From NCBI GenBank assembly GCA_964479955.1, contig CAYZNK010000001.1, positions 144,091 through 208,090 of the forward strand: a stretch of 64,000 nucleotides of DNA. Direction: 5' to 3'. The position numbers were made by a program, and so were the translations under genes. The number at the start of each line of letters is the position of its first letter. The first letter of the stretch is position 1. This DNA comes from an uncultured Candidatus Saccharibacteria bacterium (GTDB lineage Bacteria > Patescibacteriota > Minisyncoccia > Minisyncoccales > Staskawiczbacteraceae). The notes under the pieces were generated by a model that was given only the letters and a program-made list of their open reading frames with translations, searched no databases and had not been told where the DNA came from. Shown piece by piece: positions 8,573 to 17,721 of the stretch.

Positions 8573-9496
8573 ATGAAAATTTTAATTACAGGAGGAGCCG
8601 GATTTATAGGCAGCCATGTGGCTGATAAATTAATAGAGAAAAATCACAGTGTGGTTATTGTTGACAATTTGTCCACTGGAAAAAAAGAAAATATAAACCC
8701 AAGAGCAAAATTTTATAAAATAGACATTGGAGATAAAAAAATCTCGGGGATTTTTAAAAAAGAAAAACCTGAAATTGTTTTTCATTTTGCCGCTCAAATT
8801 AATTTAAGGGAATCAGTAAAAAATCCATTAGAAGACGCAAAAATAAATATTCTTGGGGGGTTGAATATTTTGGAGAATTGTAAGAATTTTAATGTTAAAA
8901 AAATTATTTTTTCTTCAACGGGCGGGGCTATTTATGGAGAAGCAGATATTATCCCTACGTCTGAGACCTATCCTGCAGAGCCCCTTTCTCCTTATGGAAT
9001 AGCAAAGTTAGCAACAGAAAAATATTTGAATTATTACAATAGGGTTTTTGGGATTCCGTTTTTGGCCCTAAGATTTGCCAATGTTTACGGTCCTAGGCAG
9101 AATTCCAAAGGAGAGGCCGGAGTAATAGCTATTTTTTGCAGCCAGTTTTTTTTGAATCAACAGCCCGTGATAAACGGAGACGGATTACAGACAAGGGATT
9201 TTGTTTATGTTTCTGATGTTGCAAAGGCGGCATTATTGGCAATGGATTCTAAAAAAACAGGAATTTTAAATGTTGCCACAGCAAAAGAAACAAATATAAA
9301 TGATATTTTTTCAATGATTAAAGAATTAACGGGCTCTGATTTGAAAGAGGCTCATAGGCCTTCTGAAAAGGGAGAACAGCAGAGGAGCTGTCTGGATTAT
9401 TCAAAAATAAATTCAGAATTAAGTTGGATTCCTGAGTATGATTTGCAAAGAGGTCTTAAAGAAACCGTTGAATGGTTTAAAAATAATAAAAAATAA
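8573..9496 (+). CDS. NAD-dependent epimerase/dehydratase (GalE-like)
   Basis: TGGAGFIG, SSTGGAIYG, YGIAK (YxxxK), NVYGPRQ. Confidence 0.92.
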   Translation: MKILITGGAGFIGSHVADKLIEKNHSVVIVDNLSTGKKENINPRAKFYKIDIGDKKISGIFKKEKPEIVFHFAAQINLRESVKNPLEDAKINILGGLNILENCKNFNVKKIIFSSTGGAIYGEADIIPTSETYPAEPLSPYGIAKLATEKYLNYYNRVFGIPFLALRFANVYGPRQNSKGEAGVIAIFCSQFFLNQQPVINGDGLQTRDFVYVSDVAKAALLAMDSKKTGILNVATAKETNINDIFSMIKELTGSDLKEAHRPSEKGEQQRSCLDYSKINSELSWIPEYDLQRGLKETVEWFKNNKK

Positions 9497-9498
9497 TT

Positions 9499-10521
9499 AT
9501 GCCAAAGATTATAATAGCAACAGATGCTTGGTTTCCACAGGTCAATGGGGTAGTAAGGTGCATTGACGACCTGATAAAAGGGCTTAAAAAAAAGGAGTTT
9601 GAAATTGTTGTGATACATCCGGGAATGTTTTTTTCTATTCCTTTTATTTTTTATCCCGAAATAAAAATTTCTTTTTTCTGTAAAAATAAAATAAGAAAAA
9701 TTATAAAAAAAGAAAATCCGGATTATATACACATTGTAACAGAAGGACCGATTGGTTTAGCTTGCCGCAGAGTTTGTCTTAAAGAGAAAATAAAGTTTAC
9801 CACTGCAAACCACACAAACTTCCAGACCTATATGAGCTATTATCTGGGGAAGGCCAATTTTTTTTCCGAGCTGGCTTATAAATATCTAAAATGGTTTCAT
9901 AAAGCCGCTTCAAAAACAATGGTAATCACAGAAGGGCTAAAGCAGAATTTGGAAAAACGGGGATTTCTAAATATTACAGTCTGGCCTCTGGGAGTTGATA
10001 CAGAATTTTTTAAAAAAAATGAAAGTTCTGGGGCAAAAGAAAAGTATAAATTAGAATATCCTGTTTTTGTTTATTTTGGCAGGATATCCAAAGAAAAAAA
10101 TGTGGAAGAGTATTTAAAATGCAGGCTTCCGGGGACAAAGCTTGTTATTGGCGACGGGCCTTTAAAAAACAGCCTTGAAAAAAAATATGGAAAAGAAAAT
10201 ATGTTTTTGGGTTATAAAAAAGGGCAAGAATTGATAGATTTATTGTCTGTATGCGATGTTTTTGTTTTGCCTTCATTTACAGACACTTTTCCTTTGGCAA
10301 TCATAGAGGCCTTTTCATGTAAAATTCCGGTTGCCTGCCATGATGTTATGGATTTAAAATATCTTGTTTTAAAAGATGTCGGTGTTTTAGATGAAAATTT
10401 AGAAAAAGCGGCAAATGAATGTCTCGGTCTTTCTAAAGATGCCTGCCGCGAATACGCGCTGAAATTTTCCCTTGAAGAGTCAACTAAAAAATTTATAGAG
10501 AATATTGTAATAACCAGATAA
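9499..10521 (+). CDS. Family 4 glycosyltransferase
   Basis: TDAWFPQVNGVV, GRISKEKN, DVFVLPSFTDTFPLAIIEA. Confidence 0.92.
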   Translation: MPKIIIATDAWFPQVNGVVRCIDDLIKGLKKKEFEIVVIHPGMFFSIPFIFYPEIKISFFCKNKIRKIIKKENPDYIHIVTEGPIGLACRRVCLKEKIKFTTANHTNFQTYMSYYLGKANFFSELAYKYLKWFHKAASKTMVITEGLKQNLEKRGFLNITVWPLGVDTEFFKKNESSGAKEKYKLEYPVFVYFGRISKEKNVEEYLKCRLPGTKLVIGDGPLKNSLEKKYGKENMFLGYKKGQELIDLLSVCDVFVLPSFTDTFPLAIIEAFSCKIPVACHDVMDLKYLVLKDVGVLDENLEKAANECLGLSKDACREYALKFSLEESTKKFIENIVITR

Positions 10522-10533
10522 ACAAAACATTAT

Positions 10534-11571
10534 ATGAAAAAAGAAATAACTATTTTTTTGTCAATTATTTTAATATTGATTTTAGCTTTTTTTCTGTATT
10601 TTTTTGTGGGATTTAGCAAAGAAAAAGAAGATATAAATTGGGGAATTGATTTTTCCCAGATGCAGGCAGAGGCTTTAAAATTAAATTGGAAGGAGGTTTA
10701 TTTGGGAGCCATTGAAGATTTAGGGGCAAAAAAAATAAAATTACATACGCAGTGGGATTGGGTTGAGGGAAAAAATGACGGTTATTATTTTGACGATATT
10801 GACTGGCAGATAAAGACAGCAGAGAACAGGGGCATAGAAATCATCTATGTTTTAGGGATGAAAACAGGCAGATGGCCGGAATGCCACGCTCCGGAATTCA
10901 CGAAAATACTTTCAAGGGAAGAACAGCAGGAGGAGCTTTTGGAATATATAGAAAAAGTTGTTTTAAGATATAAAGACAGCAAAGCCATTGCTTATTGGCA
11001 GGTTGAAAATGAACCGCTGTTTGAATTTGGTGAATGCCCGGCGTGGTATTATGAAGACAACGGAAAGTTTTTAGAGAAAGAAGTGGAGCTTGTAAAATCA
11101 CTTGACCCAGAAAGGCAGATAATTATTTCTGATTCAGGAGAGCTTTCATGGTGGACAAAAGCGGCAAAGATTGGAGATATAGTGGGTTCTACAATGTATA
11201 GAAAAGCATGGGTTAATGTAAATAACAATTTTGGGTTTTCAGGCGGTTTTTATCCTAAATTTTACGGAACATATCCCTTACCCCCTGTTTTTTATTCAAG
11301 AAAGGCTGCAATCATTAAAGCATTATTTGGTAAAAAGGTTATATGTGTTGAACTGCAGGCAGAGCCGTGGGCCGAAAAGCCGTTTTATGATGTGCCTTTA
11401 GATGAACAAGAAAAAACAATGAATCTGGAGAAGTTTAAAGAAAACGTGGAATATGCGAAAAAAACCGGATTTGATACTTTTTACTTATGGGGCGCAGAGT
11501 GGTGGTATTGGATGAAAACAGTTCAGAACCAGCCCCAAATTTGGCAGGAAGCCAAAAAGTTGTTTCAGTAG
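10534..11571 (+). CDS. Membrane-anchored clan GH-A (TIM-barrel) glycoside hydrolase-like protein
   Basis: N-terminal TM; WQVENEP acid/base motif; ELQAEPW putative nucleophile region. Confidence 0.75.
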   Translation: MKKEITIFLSIILILILAFFLYFFVGFSKEKEDINWGIDFSQMQAEALKLNWKEVYLGAIEDLGAKKIKLHTQWDWVEGKNDGYYFDDIDWQIKTAENRGIEIIYVLGMKTGRWPECHAPEFTKILSREEQQEELLEYIEKVVLRYKDSKAIAYWQVENEPLFEFGECPAWYYEDNGKFLEKEVELVKSLDPERQIIISDSGELSWWTKAAKIGDIVGSTMYRKAWVNVNNNFGFSGGFYPKFYGTYPLPPVFYSRKAAIIKALFGKKVICVELQAEPWAEKPFYDVPLDEQEKTMNLEKFKENVEYAKKTGFDTFYLWGAEWWYWMKTVQNQPQIWQEAKKLFQ

Positions 11572-11610
11572 ATTACCTATACTGATATTTAAAAATAATT
11601 TTAAAAAAAT

Positions 11611-12921
11611 ATGTACGAATCGCCAAATATTAATTTTACAAAAATAAAAAACAAAGTTTTAAAAAACCTGCGGAGCAAGATTTTTTTAAATGGTTTTTAT
11701 TTTATTTTGATTGTAGTTGTAATAATTATCTTATCGTTTGCAATGCTGATAAGATATTTCCCAAAAGAAGCTGAAATGCTGTCAGAATCTTTAAAATTTC
11801 CGCAAATAGAACGGGAGAATAATAAAGCAGTCGAAAATCTGTTAGAAGAACCAGAAAGCTATGAATCAAAAATTTCTTATGAGCAGGCAATTATAGATGT
11901 TGTAAAGAATTCAAGCCAATCGGTTGTAAGCATTGTGATTTCCAAAAATTTGCCTATTTATGAACAAGAATGGGTTAATCCATTTGGGGATGATTCATTT
12001 TTTGACATACAAATACCTCAATATGTGCAAAAAGGAACAGAATATCAGGAAGTAGGGTCTGGCTCCGGATTTGTTGTTTCGTCTGATGGATTGATTTTAA
12101 CAAACAAGCACGTTGTTTCTGATAAGGACGCAGATTACACGGTTATAACGAACGGCGAAGAAAAATATTCTGCCAAAGTTTTGGCAACAGATCCTGTTCA
12201 GGATTTGGCAATAATAAAAATAGAAGACGCCGGAGGAAAAATTTTTAGTCCTTTAAGACTGGGAGATTCTTCTGGCATACAAATAGGGCAAACAGTAATT
12301 GCCATAGGTAATGCGCTAGGGGAGTTTGGCAACACGGTTTCAGTGGGAGTTGTTTCCGGCCTTGGAAGAACAATTTTAGCTTCTGATAAAACAGGGTCAG
12401 TGTCTGAAACATTGGAAGACATTATACAAACCGATGCGGCCATAAATTCCGGCAACTCAGGAGGCCCTTTGCTTAACTTAAAAGGCGAGGTAATTGGGAT
12501 AAGTACAGCAATGGCTGAACAGGCAGAGAATATTGCTTTTGCTATTCCCATCAATTATGCAAAAAGGGATATAGAGCAATCAATTACCACCAGTAAAATC
12601 ATATATCCTTTTTTGGGGGTCAGATATATTTTAGTGACAGAGGAAGTAAAAAAAGAATATGATTTGGGTGTTAATTACGGAGCTCTTATTTCAAAGGGTC
12701 CTGATGGACAGGCGGCTGTGACAAAAGGTTCTGCGGCAGAATCAGCCGGACTTAAAGAAAACGATATTATACTGGAAATAAACGGTCAAAAAATTAATCA
12801 AAGCAACACCCTGTCCAAAATAATACAAAAATATAATGCAGGAGATACGGTAAATTTAAAAATTTTAAGAAACGGCCAGGATTTTAATGTGGATGCAACG
12901 CTTGGGGAGAGAGCAGATTGA
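11611..12921 (+). CDS. htrA: HtrA/DegP serine protease with PDZ domain
   Basis: GSGSGF, LTNKHVV, DLAIIKI, QTDAAINSGNSGGPL, C-terminal PDZ; N-terminal TM. Confidence 0.95.
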   Translation: MYESPNINFTKIKNKVLKNLRSKIFLNGFYFILIVVVIIILSFAMLIRYFPKEAEMLSESLKFPQIERENNKAVENLLEEPESYESKISYEQAIIDVVKNSSQSVVSIVISKNLPIYEQEWVNPFGDDSFFDIQIPQYVQKGTEYQEVGSGSGFVVSSDGLILTNKHVVSDKDADYTVITNGEEKYSAKVLATDPVQDLAIIKIEDAGGKIFSPLRLGDSSGIQIGQTVIAIGNALGEFGNTVSVGVVSGLGRTILASDKTGSVSETLEDIIQTDAAINSGNSGGPLLNLKGEVIGISTAMAEQAENIAFAIPINYAKRDIEQSITTSKIIYPFLGVRYILVTEEVKKEYDLGVNYGALISKGPDGQAAVTKGSAAESAGLKENDIILEINGQKINQSNTLSKIIQKYNAGDTVNLKILRNGQDFNVDATLGERAD

Positions 12922-12945
12922 CATTTATTTTTATTTTGCTAATAT
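12918..12945 (+). promoter_or_regulatory. Sigma70 promoter for the attenuated transcript
   Basis: TTGACA (12918-12923), 16 nt, TGc-TAATAT (12940-12945). Confidence 0.7.
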
Positions 12946-12957
12946 AAATTTAAGAAC

Positions 12958-13044
12958 ATGAAAAATCAAATTAACCTCACAACAAACTTTTGGTTTTATT
13001 TTAGCCCCTTTGAGAAAGAGGTTTATTTGAGCATTCCAATCTAA
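12958..13044 (+). CDS. Attenuator leader peptide MKNQINLTTNFWFYFSPFEKEVYLSIPI (28 aa; absent from the ORF track)
   Basis: ATG 12958 to TAA 13044; five consecutive aromatic codons (F-W-F-Y-F, 12988-13002) immediately before stem 1. Confidence 0.82.
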   Translation: MKNQINLTTNFWFYFSPFEKEVYLSIPI

Positions 13045-13098
13045 TAAGAAACCAAAAAAGAAAATTCAAATAAGCCCCTTTCCAAAAGGAGCTTTTTT
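13003..13098 (+). promoter_or_regulatory. Transcription attenuator (1:2 pause, 2:3 antiterminator, 3:4 terminator)
   Basis: 13014-13030 pairs with 13066-13082 (15 WC, 1 G-U, 1 mismatch), mutually exclusive with the terminator AAGCcCCTTT-cca-AAAGGaGCTT-TTTT (13072-13098). Confidence 0.85.
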
Positions 13099-13139
13099 GT
13101 TCATTGCCAATTTAAGGAAACAAGAAAAAGGAGAAAACA

Positions 13140-13403
13140 GTGGTTATTTTTATGCAAGATGCAAATATGGATAAAGCTGGAGATGTGGCAAGAAAATTTA
13201 CCAGCAGAGGAATGGATGTTCTTGCAAAAAACGGAGATGGTAGAATCGTTTTGGCTGTAATAGGGCTTGGGGCAGACAGAACAAAACTATCTGAGATTGA
13301 TAAAATGCCCGGTGTTGAAAGATGCGAAAGGAAGAACAATTTTTTTACTGATAATCACGGAGACTTTAAGGACGCTTGTTTTTTCTTTAGGTGGGGATAC
13401 TAA
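13140..13403 (+). CDS. Stand-alone ferredoxin-like/ACT regulatory domain of type I-beta DAHP synthase
   Basis: MVIFM...GDGRIVLAVIG...KMPGVE resembles the N-terminal allosteric domain of AroF-type I-beta enzymes; GTG start with AAGGAG SD; no catalytic barrel follows. Confidence 0.7.
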   Translation: MVIFMQDANMDKAGDVARKFTSRGMDVLAKNGDGRIVLAVIGLGADRTKLSEIDKMPGVERCERKNNFFTDNHGDFKDACFFFRWGY

Positions 13404-13426
13404 TTTCCTGCCAAGCAAAGTTTTTT

Positions 13427-13492
13427 GCGGGAGCTTTTGCCCCGCTTTTTTATTGCAATAAAAAAGCGGGCTTTCGTGATGTAAAAGTCCGC
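13427..13492. terminator. Two back-to-back intrinsic terminators for convergent genes
   Basis: GCGGGaGC-tttt-GCCCCGC-T6 on plus; A6-GCGGGCTTT..AAAGTCCGC on minus. Confidence 0.7.
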
Positions 13493-13519
13493 TATTGGTT
13501 TTTGCCTAGTTCAGGCCTG

Positions 13520-13699
13520 CTAAACGGTCATCATCTTAAAGCGATGACGGCGCCCTCCGGGACCCATCATAGGTCCACTTTGCGGGGAACTGGTAATTCT
13601 GATATTGGGCCGAGGGTCTTTGGTCCTGGGTTTTGCCGCACGCGTGGTCTTGCTCTTCTCTTTCATACGTTCCAGAATACGTTTGACCCTCTCTTCCAT
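13520..13699 (-). CDS. Small basic hypothetical protein (59 aa)
   Basis: ATG at 13699 preceded by AAGGAG; R/K-rich; followed by its own terminator. The longer ORF-track start (13846) overlaps another ORF. Confidence 0.5.
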   Translation of the reverse strand: MEERVKRILERMKEKSKTTRAAKPRTKDPRPNIRITSSPQSGPMMGPGGRRHRFKMMTV

Positions 13700-13799
13700 A
13701 CCATTCTCCTTTGCAAATGCCAAGTCCTTCCAGACTCCTTCTTTCAAACCACCTCCAAGATGGCCTGAAAAAAAGACGGGACTTTGGCGCAAAATATAT

Positions 13800-14057
13800 T
13801 TATTCCACTCTGAACTCAAACGGCAACGGCCTTTGCGACAAAACAAAAATCCATTTTCCTTTTATATCCCTTACTATAGATTTGTAGTAATAGGTTTTGT
13901 AAGTCCTGAAATTTATCTCTCGGGTTTCGTAACGTAATTTGTATCTGCCTTTGGGCAGGCAATTAGCATCAATACCTATACCCAGCAATATGCAGATTTT
14001 TGTGTAGAGTCGCAACAGTTCTGTTAACATGGTCAGCCTTTCTTTGTTCTGGTTCAA
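13800..14057 (-). CDS. Hypothetical protein (85 aa)
   Basis: ORF downstream of a near-consensus promoter, with an AGGGAA SD-like sequence; no recognisable motif. Confidence 0.4.
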   Translation of the reverse strand: MNQNKERLTMLTELLRLYTKICILLGIGIDANCLPKGRYKLRYETREINFRTYKTYYYKSIVRDIKGKWIFVLSQRPLPFEFRVE

Positions 14058-14076
14058 AATTCGTTCCCTATAATTT

Positions 14077-14105
14077 ATCTTATCATATTATTGTATTTAT
14101 GTCAA
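14077..14105 (-). promoter_or_regulatory. Sigma70 promoter for the minus-strand orphan ORFs
   Basis: On minus: TTGACA, 17 nt, (TGa)TAAGAT. Confidence 0.65.
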
Positions 14106-14232
14106 TAGTATGGCGAAAGTTGGGCGCAATAATGCTAATTTCCACCATTGGCAATTTATTCTTAAAACTTGATTTTTACTAAATTTTGGGTTATAAATAA
14201 TGAAAACTTAAAAATAAATATAAATTTAAACA

Positions 14233-16938
14233 ATGAACGGAGGAGCAAATTTTACAAATAAAGCCCAGGATGCAATAATGCAGGCTCAGCAATTTGCGCA
14301 GGAAAAATCCCAGCAGCAAATTGATGCCTTACATTTGCTGCTTTCTTTGATTTTGCAGGAAGGGAGTATTGTATCTGTAATATTGCAAAAATTGGGAGTT
14401 GACACAGAAAGCCTTAGAAAAAAGGTTGAACTTCAAATTACAAAAATTCCAATAGTCTCAACTCCGCAGACATTTGGGCAGTTTTACCTTACACAGGATA
14501 TGGCAAAAGTTTTGGAAAGGGCGCGCCAAGAATCAATAAAAATGAATGATGAATTTATTTCCGTTGAGCATTTGTTTTTGGCTTTACTGGATACAAAATC
14601 GGTTGCAAAAGATATTTTAGAAAAAGTGCAGTTTTTTGCAGCAGAAGGGGCAAACAGCTTTAAATCTTCCAAGCTTGATTATGAAACTGTTCTAAAAATT
14701 TTATCGCAAATCAGGGGAGGCCAAAGAATCACTGACCCGGAGCCCGAATCAAAATACCAGGTGATTGAAAAATATACAAGAAATCTGACTGATTTGGCAG
14801 CCGCAGGAAAAATTGACCCGATAATCGGCAGGGATAATGAAATAAGAAGACTGATGCAGATAATTTCTCGCAGGACAAAAAATAATCCTGTTTTAATAGG
14901 AGAAGCCGGAGTTGGAAAAACCGCTATTGTTGAAGGTTTTGCCCAAAGAATTGCAAAAGGAAATGTGCCGGAGTTTTTAAGAAACAAAGAAATTATTTCA
15001 TTGGATTTGGGGGCTATGATAGCTGGCACAAAGTACAGGGGAGAATTTGAAACAAGAATGAAGGCTCTTTTAAAAGAGCTGGCAAGGTCTGCTGGCAAAT
15101 ATATTTTGTTTATTGATGAGCTGCACACTTTGGTTGGAGCAGGGGCCGCTGAAGGAGCTATTGACGCTTCAAATCTTTTAAAGCCGGCATTGGCCAGGGG
15201 AGAGCTTAGGGCTGTTGGAGCTACAACTTTAAAAGAATATCAAAAATACATTGAAAAAGACCCGGCTTTGGAAAGAAGGTTTCAGCCCATTTATGTGCAG
15301 GAGCCCAATGTTGACGACGCAACAGCAATTTTAAGAGGAATAAAAGAAAAATACGAAGTCCATCATGGAGTAAGGATAAAAGACTCTGCAATAAAAGCCG
15401 CGGTTGATTTGGCAAACAGATATATTTCTGACAGGTTTTTGCCAGACAAGGCAGTTGACTTGATGGATGAGGCAGCCTCTGCGTTAAGGCTTGAGATTGA
15501 GTCTGACCCCCAGGAGCTTGAAAAATATGATGAAGAAATTACAAAACTTGAAATTGAAAAGCAGGCTTTGAAAAAAGAAAAAGGCTCTGAAAGGAGGTTA
15601 AAATCAATTGCGCGGGAATTGGCGGATTTAAAAGAAAAATCAAAGGGATTAAGGGCAAAGTGGTCTGCTGAAAAAGACCTTATAAACAAAATAAAAGAAA
15701 CAAGGCAAAAGCTGGATGAGCTGTCTTATCAGACTGAAATTGCGCAGAGAGATGCAAATTTAGAAAAGGTTGCCGAGATAAAATATGGAAAGATTCCCGA
15801 ATTGTTAAAAGAGCAAAAAACAGCTGAACAAAAATTGGTTAAGCTTCAGCAAACCCATCATTTTCTGAAAGAAGAAGTAACTGAAGAGGATGTTGCAAAA
15901 GTTGTTTCAAGGTGGACAGGAATTCCGGTTACAAGGCTTATTACAGAAGAGGCAAAGAAATTGGAGACAATGGAGGCTGTTTTGAATAAAAGGGTAATTG
16001 GGCAGCAAGAGGCTATTTCAGCTATTTCAAGGGCAATCAGAAGGGCAAGAGCCGGAATTTCAGAAGAAAATAAGCCACTGGGGTCGTTTTTATTTTTGGG
16101 ACCAACCGGAGTTGGAAAAACAGAAACAGCAAGAGCTTTGGCAGAATTTTTATTCAACGATGAAAAGGCAATGATAAGGCTGGATATGTCAGAGTATATG
16201 GAGCGCCACACTGTTTCAAAAATTATTGGTTCTCCCCCGGGCTATGTTGGATATGAAGAAGCCGGCCAGCTTACAGAAAAAGTAAGGCGCAGGCCGTATT
16301 CCGTGCTTTTGCTAGATGAGATTGAAAAAGCTCATCCAGATGTTTTTAACATTTTACTGCAAATTTTTGAAGACGGCAGGCTTACGGATTCCAAAGGCAG
16401 AATGGTTTCTTTCAAAAATACAATAATCATAATGACTTCAAATACGGGCTCTGACTACATCAACAAAATGTCTGCAATTGGATTCAGCAACAAAGAAGAT
16501 GTGGCTGAAAGGGAATCAATGCGCGACAAAATTTTTGACGCGTTAAAAGAGTCTTTTAGGCCCGAATTCTTAAACAGAATTGATGAGATTGTAATTTTCA
16601 ATTATCTGAAAAAAGAAGAAATCAAAAAAATTGTTGATTTGGAATTGTCAAAAGTTGAGAAAAGATTACAGGCAAAGGAAATTAAAATACAAATTTCTGA
16701 AAAAGCCAAAGAACTTTTGATTAAAGAGGGATTTGACCCCAGCTTGGGGGCCCGCCCGTTAAAGAGAATAATCCAAAAGCTGATTTTAGATCCGTTGTCT
16801 GTTAAAATTGTAGCAGGAGAAATTTTTGAGGGGAGCAGGGTTTTGATTGACGAAGAAAACGGAAAAATTATTTTTGAAATTCCAAAGCCATTGCCAAAAC
16901 CCAAAAAATCTCCAAAGCTGTTAAAAGCTAAAAAATAA
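14233..16938 (+). CDS. clpB: ClpB disaggregase
   Basis: Clp N domain, two Walker A motifs ([16 protein letters not shown]), DPALERRF, long coiled-coil M domain, GSPPGYVGY. Confidence 0.97.
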   Translation: MNGGANFTNKAQDAIMQAQQFAQEKSQQQIDALHLLLSLILQEGSIVSVILQKLGVDTESLRKKVELQITKIPIVSTPQTFGQFYLTQDMAKVLERARQESIKMNDEFISVEHLFLALLDTKSVAKDILEKVQFFAAEGANSFKSSKLDYETVLKILSQIRGGQRITDPEPESKYQVIEKYTRNLTDLAAAGKIDPIIGRDNEIRRLMQIISRRTKNNPVLIGEAGVGKTAIVEGFAQRIAKGNVPEFLRNKEIISLDLGAMIAGTKYRGEFETRMKALLKELARSAGKYILFIDELHTLVGAGAAEGAIDASNLLKPALARGELRAVGATTLKEYQKYIEKDPALERRFQPIYVQEPNVDDATAILRGIKEKYEVHHGVRIKDSAIKAAVDLANRYISDRFLPDKAVDLMDEAASALRLEIESDPQELEKYDEEITKLEIEKQALKKEKGSERRLKSIARELADLKEKSKGLRAKWSAEKDLINKIKETRQKLDELSYQTEIAQRDANLEKVAEIKYGKIPELLKEQKTAEQKLVKLQQTHHFLKEEVTEEDVAKVVSRWTGIPVTRLITEEAKKLETMEAVLNKRVIGQQEAISAISRAIRRARAGISEENKPLGSFLFLGPTGVGKTETARALAEFLFNDEKAMIRLDMSEYMERHTVSKIIGSPPGYVGYEEAGQLTEKVRRRPYSVLLLDEIEKAHPDVFNILLQIFEDGRLTDSKGRMVSFKNTIIIMTSNTGSDYINKMSAIGFSNKEDVAERESMRDKIFDALKESFRPEFLNRIDEIVIFNYLKKEEIKKIVDLELSKVEKRLQAKEIKIQISEKAKELLIKEGFDPSLGARPLKRIIQKLILDPLSVKIVAGEIFEGSRVLIDEENGKIIFEIPKPLPKPKKSPKLLKAKK

Positions 16939-16953
16939 TGCAATAGCTATAAT

Positions 16954-16992
16954 ATAAAACTGCCCCTGTGTTTTGCATTGGGGCAGTTTTAT
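16954..16992. terminator. Bidirectional terminator between clpB and the pilin gene
   Basis: ATAAAACTGCCCC...GGGGCAGTTTTAT stem with A/T tracts on both sides. Confidence 0.8.
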
Positions 16993-17006
16993 TATTTTTT
17001 TAAATA

Positions 17007-17408
17007 TCAGTTGCAGCTTGAAATGGTTTGTATGCACTGGGTTTCATTTATTTCTTTTCTTATTCCGTTATAGTCAACGCACCAAGCTTTTGAGCTGTTT
17101 TGATGAAGCTTTGCGCAAGCAGTCCAAGCCCCGCCTGTGTGACGGCAGTATTTTTTATCAGAATCAAGGCCATTAATAACCTTTTGGACATCGCTGGTAT
17201 TGCAGAAAGACCCAAAAGAGTCATGAGTCTGGGCATAGTCTGTTCCAATTGAAATTAAAAAGTTCAACTCTTCTTTTATCCTAACGTCTTTGCTTTTGGA
17301 GGTTTGGTCTAAGATATAATACAAGACAACTGAAACTAAAACAGCTATTGTGCCGATTGATATGACAATCTCTATTAGTGTGAACCCTTTTGTTTTTTTA
17401 TTTTTCAT
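17007..17408 (-). CDS. Type IV pilin-like protein
   Basis: Class III signal KKTKG|FTLIEIVISI with E5; C-terminal Cys-rich WCVD motif. Confidence 0.9.
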   Translation of the reverse strand: MKNKKTKGFTLIEIVISIGTIAVLVSVVLYYILDQTSKSKDVRIKEELNFLISIGTDYAQTHDSFGSFCNTSDVQKVINGLDSDKKYCRHTGGAWTACAKLHQNSSKAWCVDYNGIRKEINETQCIQTISSCN

Positions 17409-17677
17409 ATTATTTCATTTTACCACAAAAAAACATTTTTGTTGTTTTTGCCTATCCCACAAATTAAAAAGTCAATTATGAGGTGTCCGATATCCCACAC
17501 AATAGCTGTATTGCAAAACAAAAGCCCCGGCGCATTGCCAAAGGATTTGGAAATGTTAAGTTATTCACAGTCATTGCTTTGTTTTTATGTTTTTTATTCT
17601 TTATAATTAACCAATTGTTGCAACCAAAGCTCAAAAAAGAGCTAAATTTTGGTTTATAAAATATAAAAAATAAAAAC

Positions 17678-17713
17678 TGCTACTGAATTTGCTACTGAGC
17701 AAATTCAGTAGCA
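17678..17713. repeat. 16-bp perfect hairpin just before the ATG at 17722
   Basis: TGCTACTGAATTTGCT-actg-AGCAAATTCAGTAGCA. Confidence 0.8.
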
Positions 17714-17721
17714 AAAACTTT

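Noticed and set aside
13441-13470. 30-bp perfect palindrome CCCGCTTTTTTATTGCAATAAAAAAGCGGG as a recombination or telomere-resolution site
   Set aside because: Explained by two back-to-back terminators whose stems and U-tracts mirror each other.
13391-13937. Plus-strand ORFs 13391-13768 and 13605-13937 as a continuation of a DAHP synthase
   Set aside because: No DAHP synthase catalytic motifs; the first runs through the terminators and both lie opposite better-supported minus-strand ORFs.
14106-14232. CIRCE or CtsR heat-shock operator before clpB
   Set aside because: No TTAGCACTC-N9-GAGTGCTAA or GGTCAAA repeat; only a weak imperfect stem.
17410-17680. Replication origin (DnaA box TTATTCACA at 17561-17569)
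   Set aside because: Only one good box plus poor matches, and no dnaA/dnaN context.
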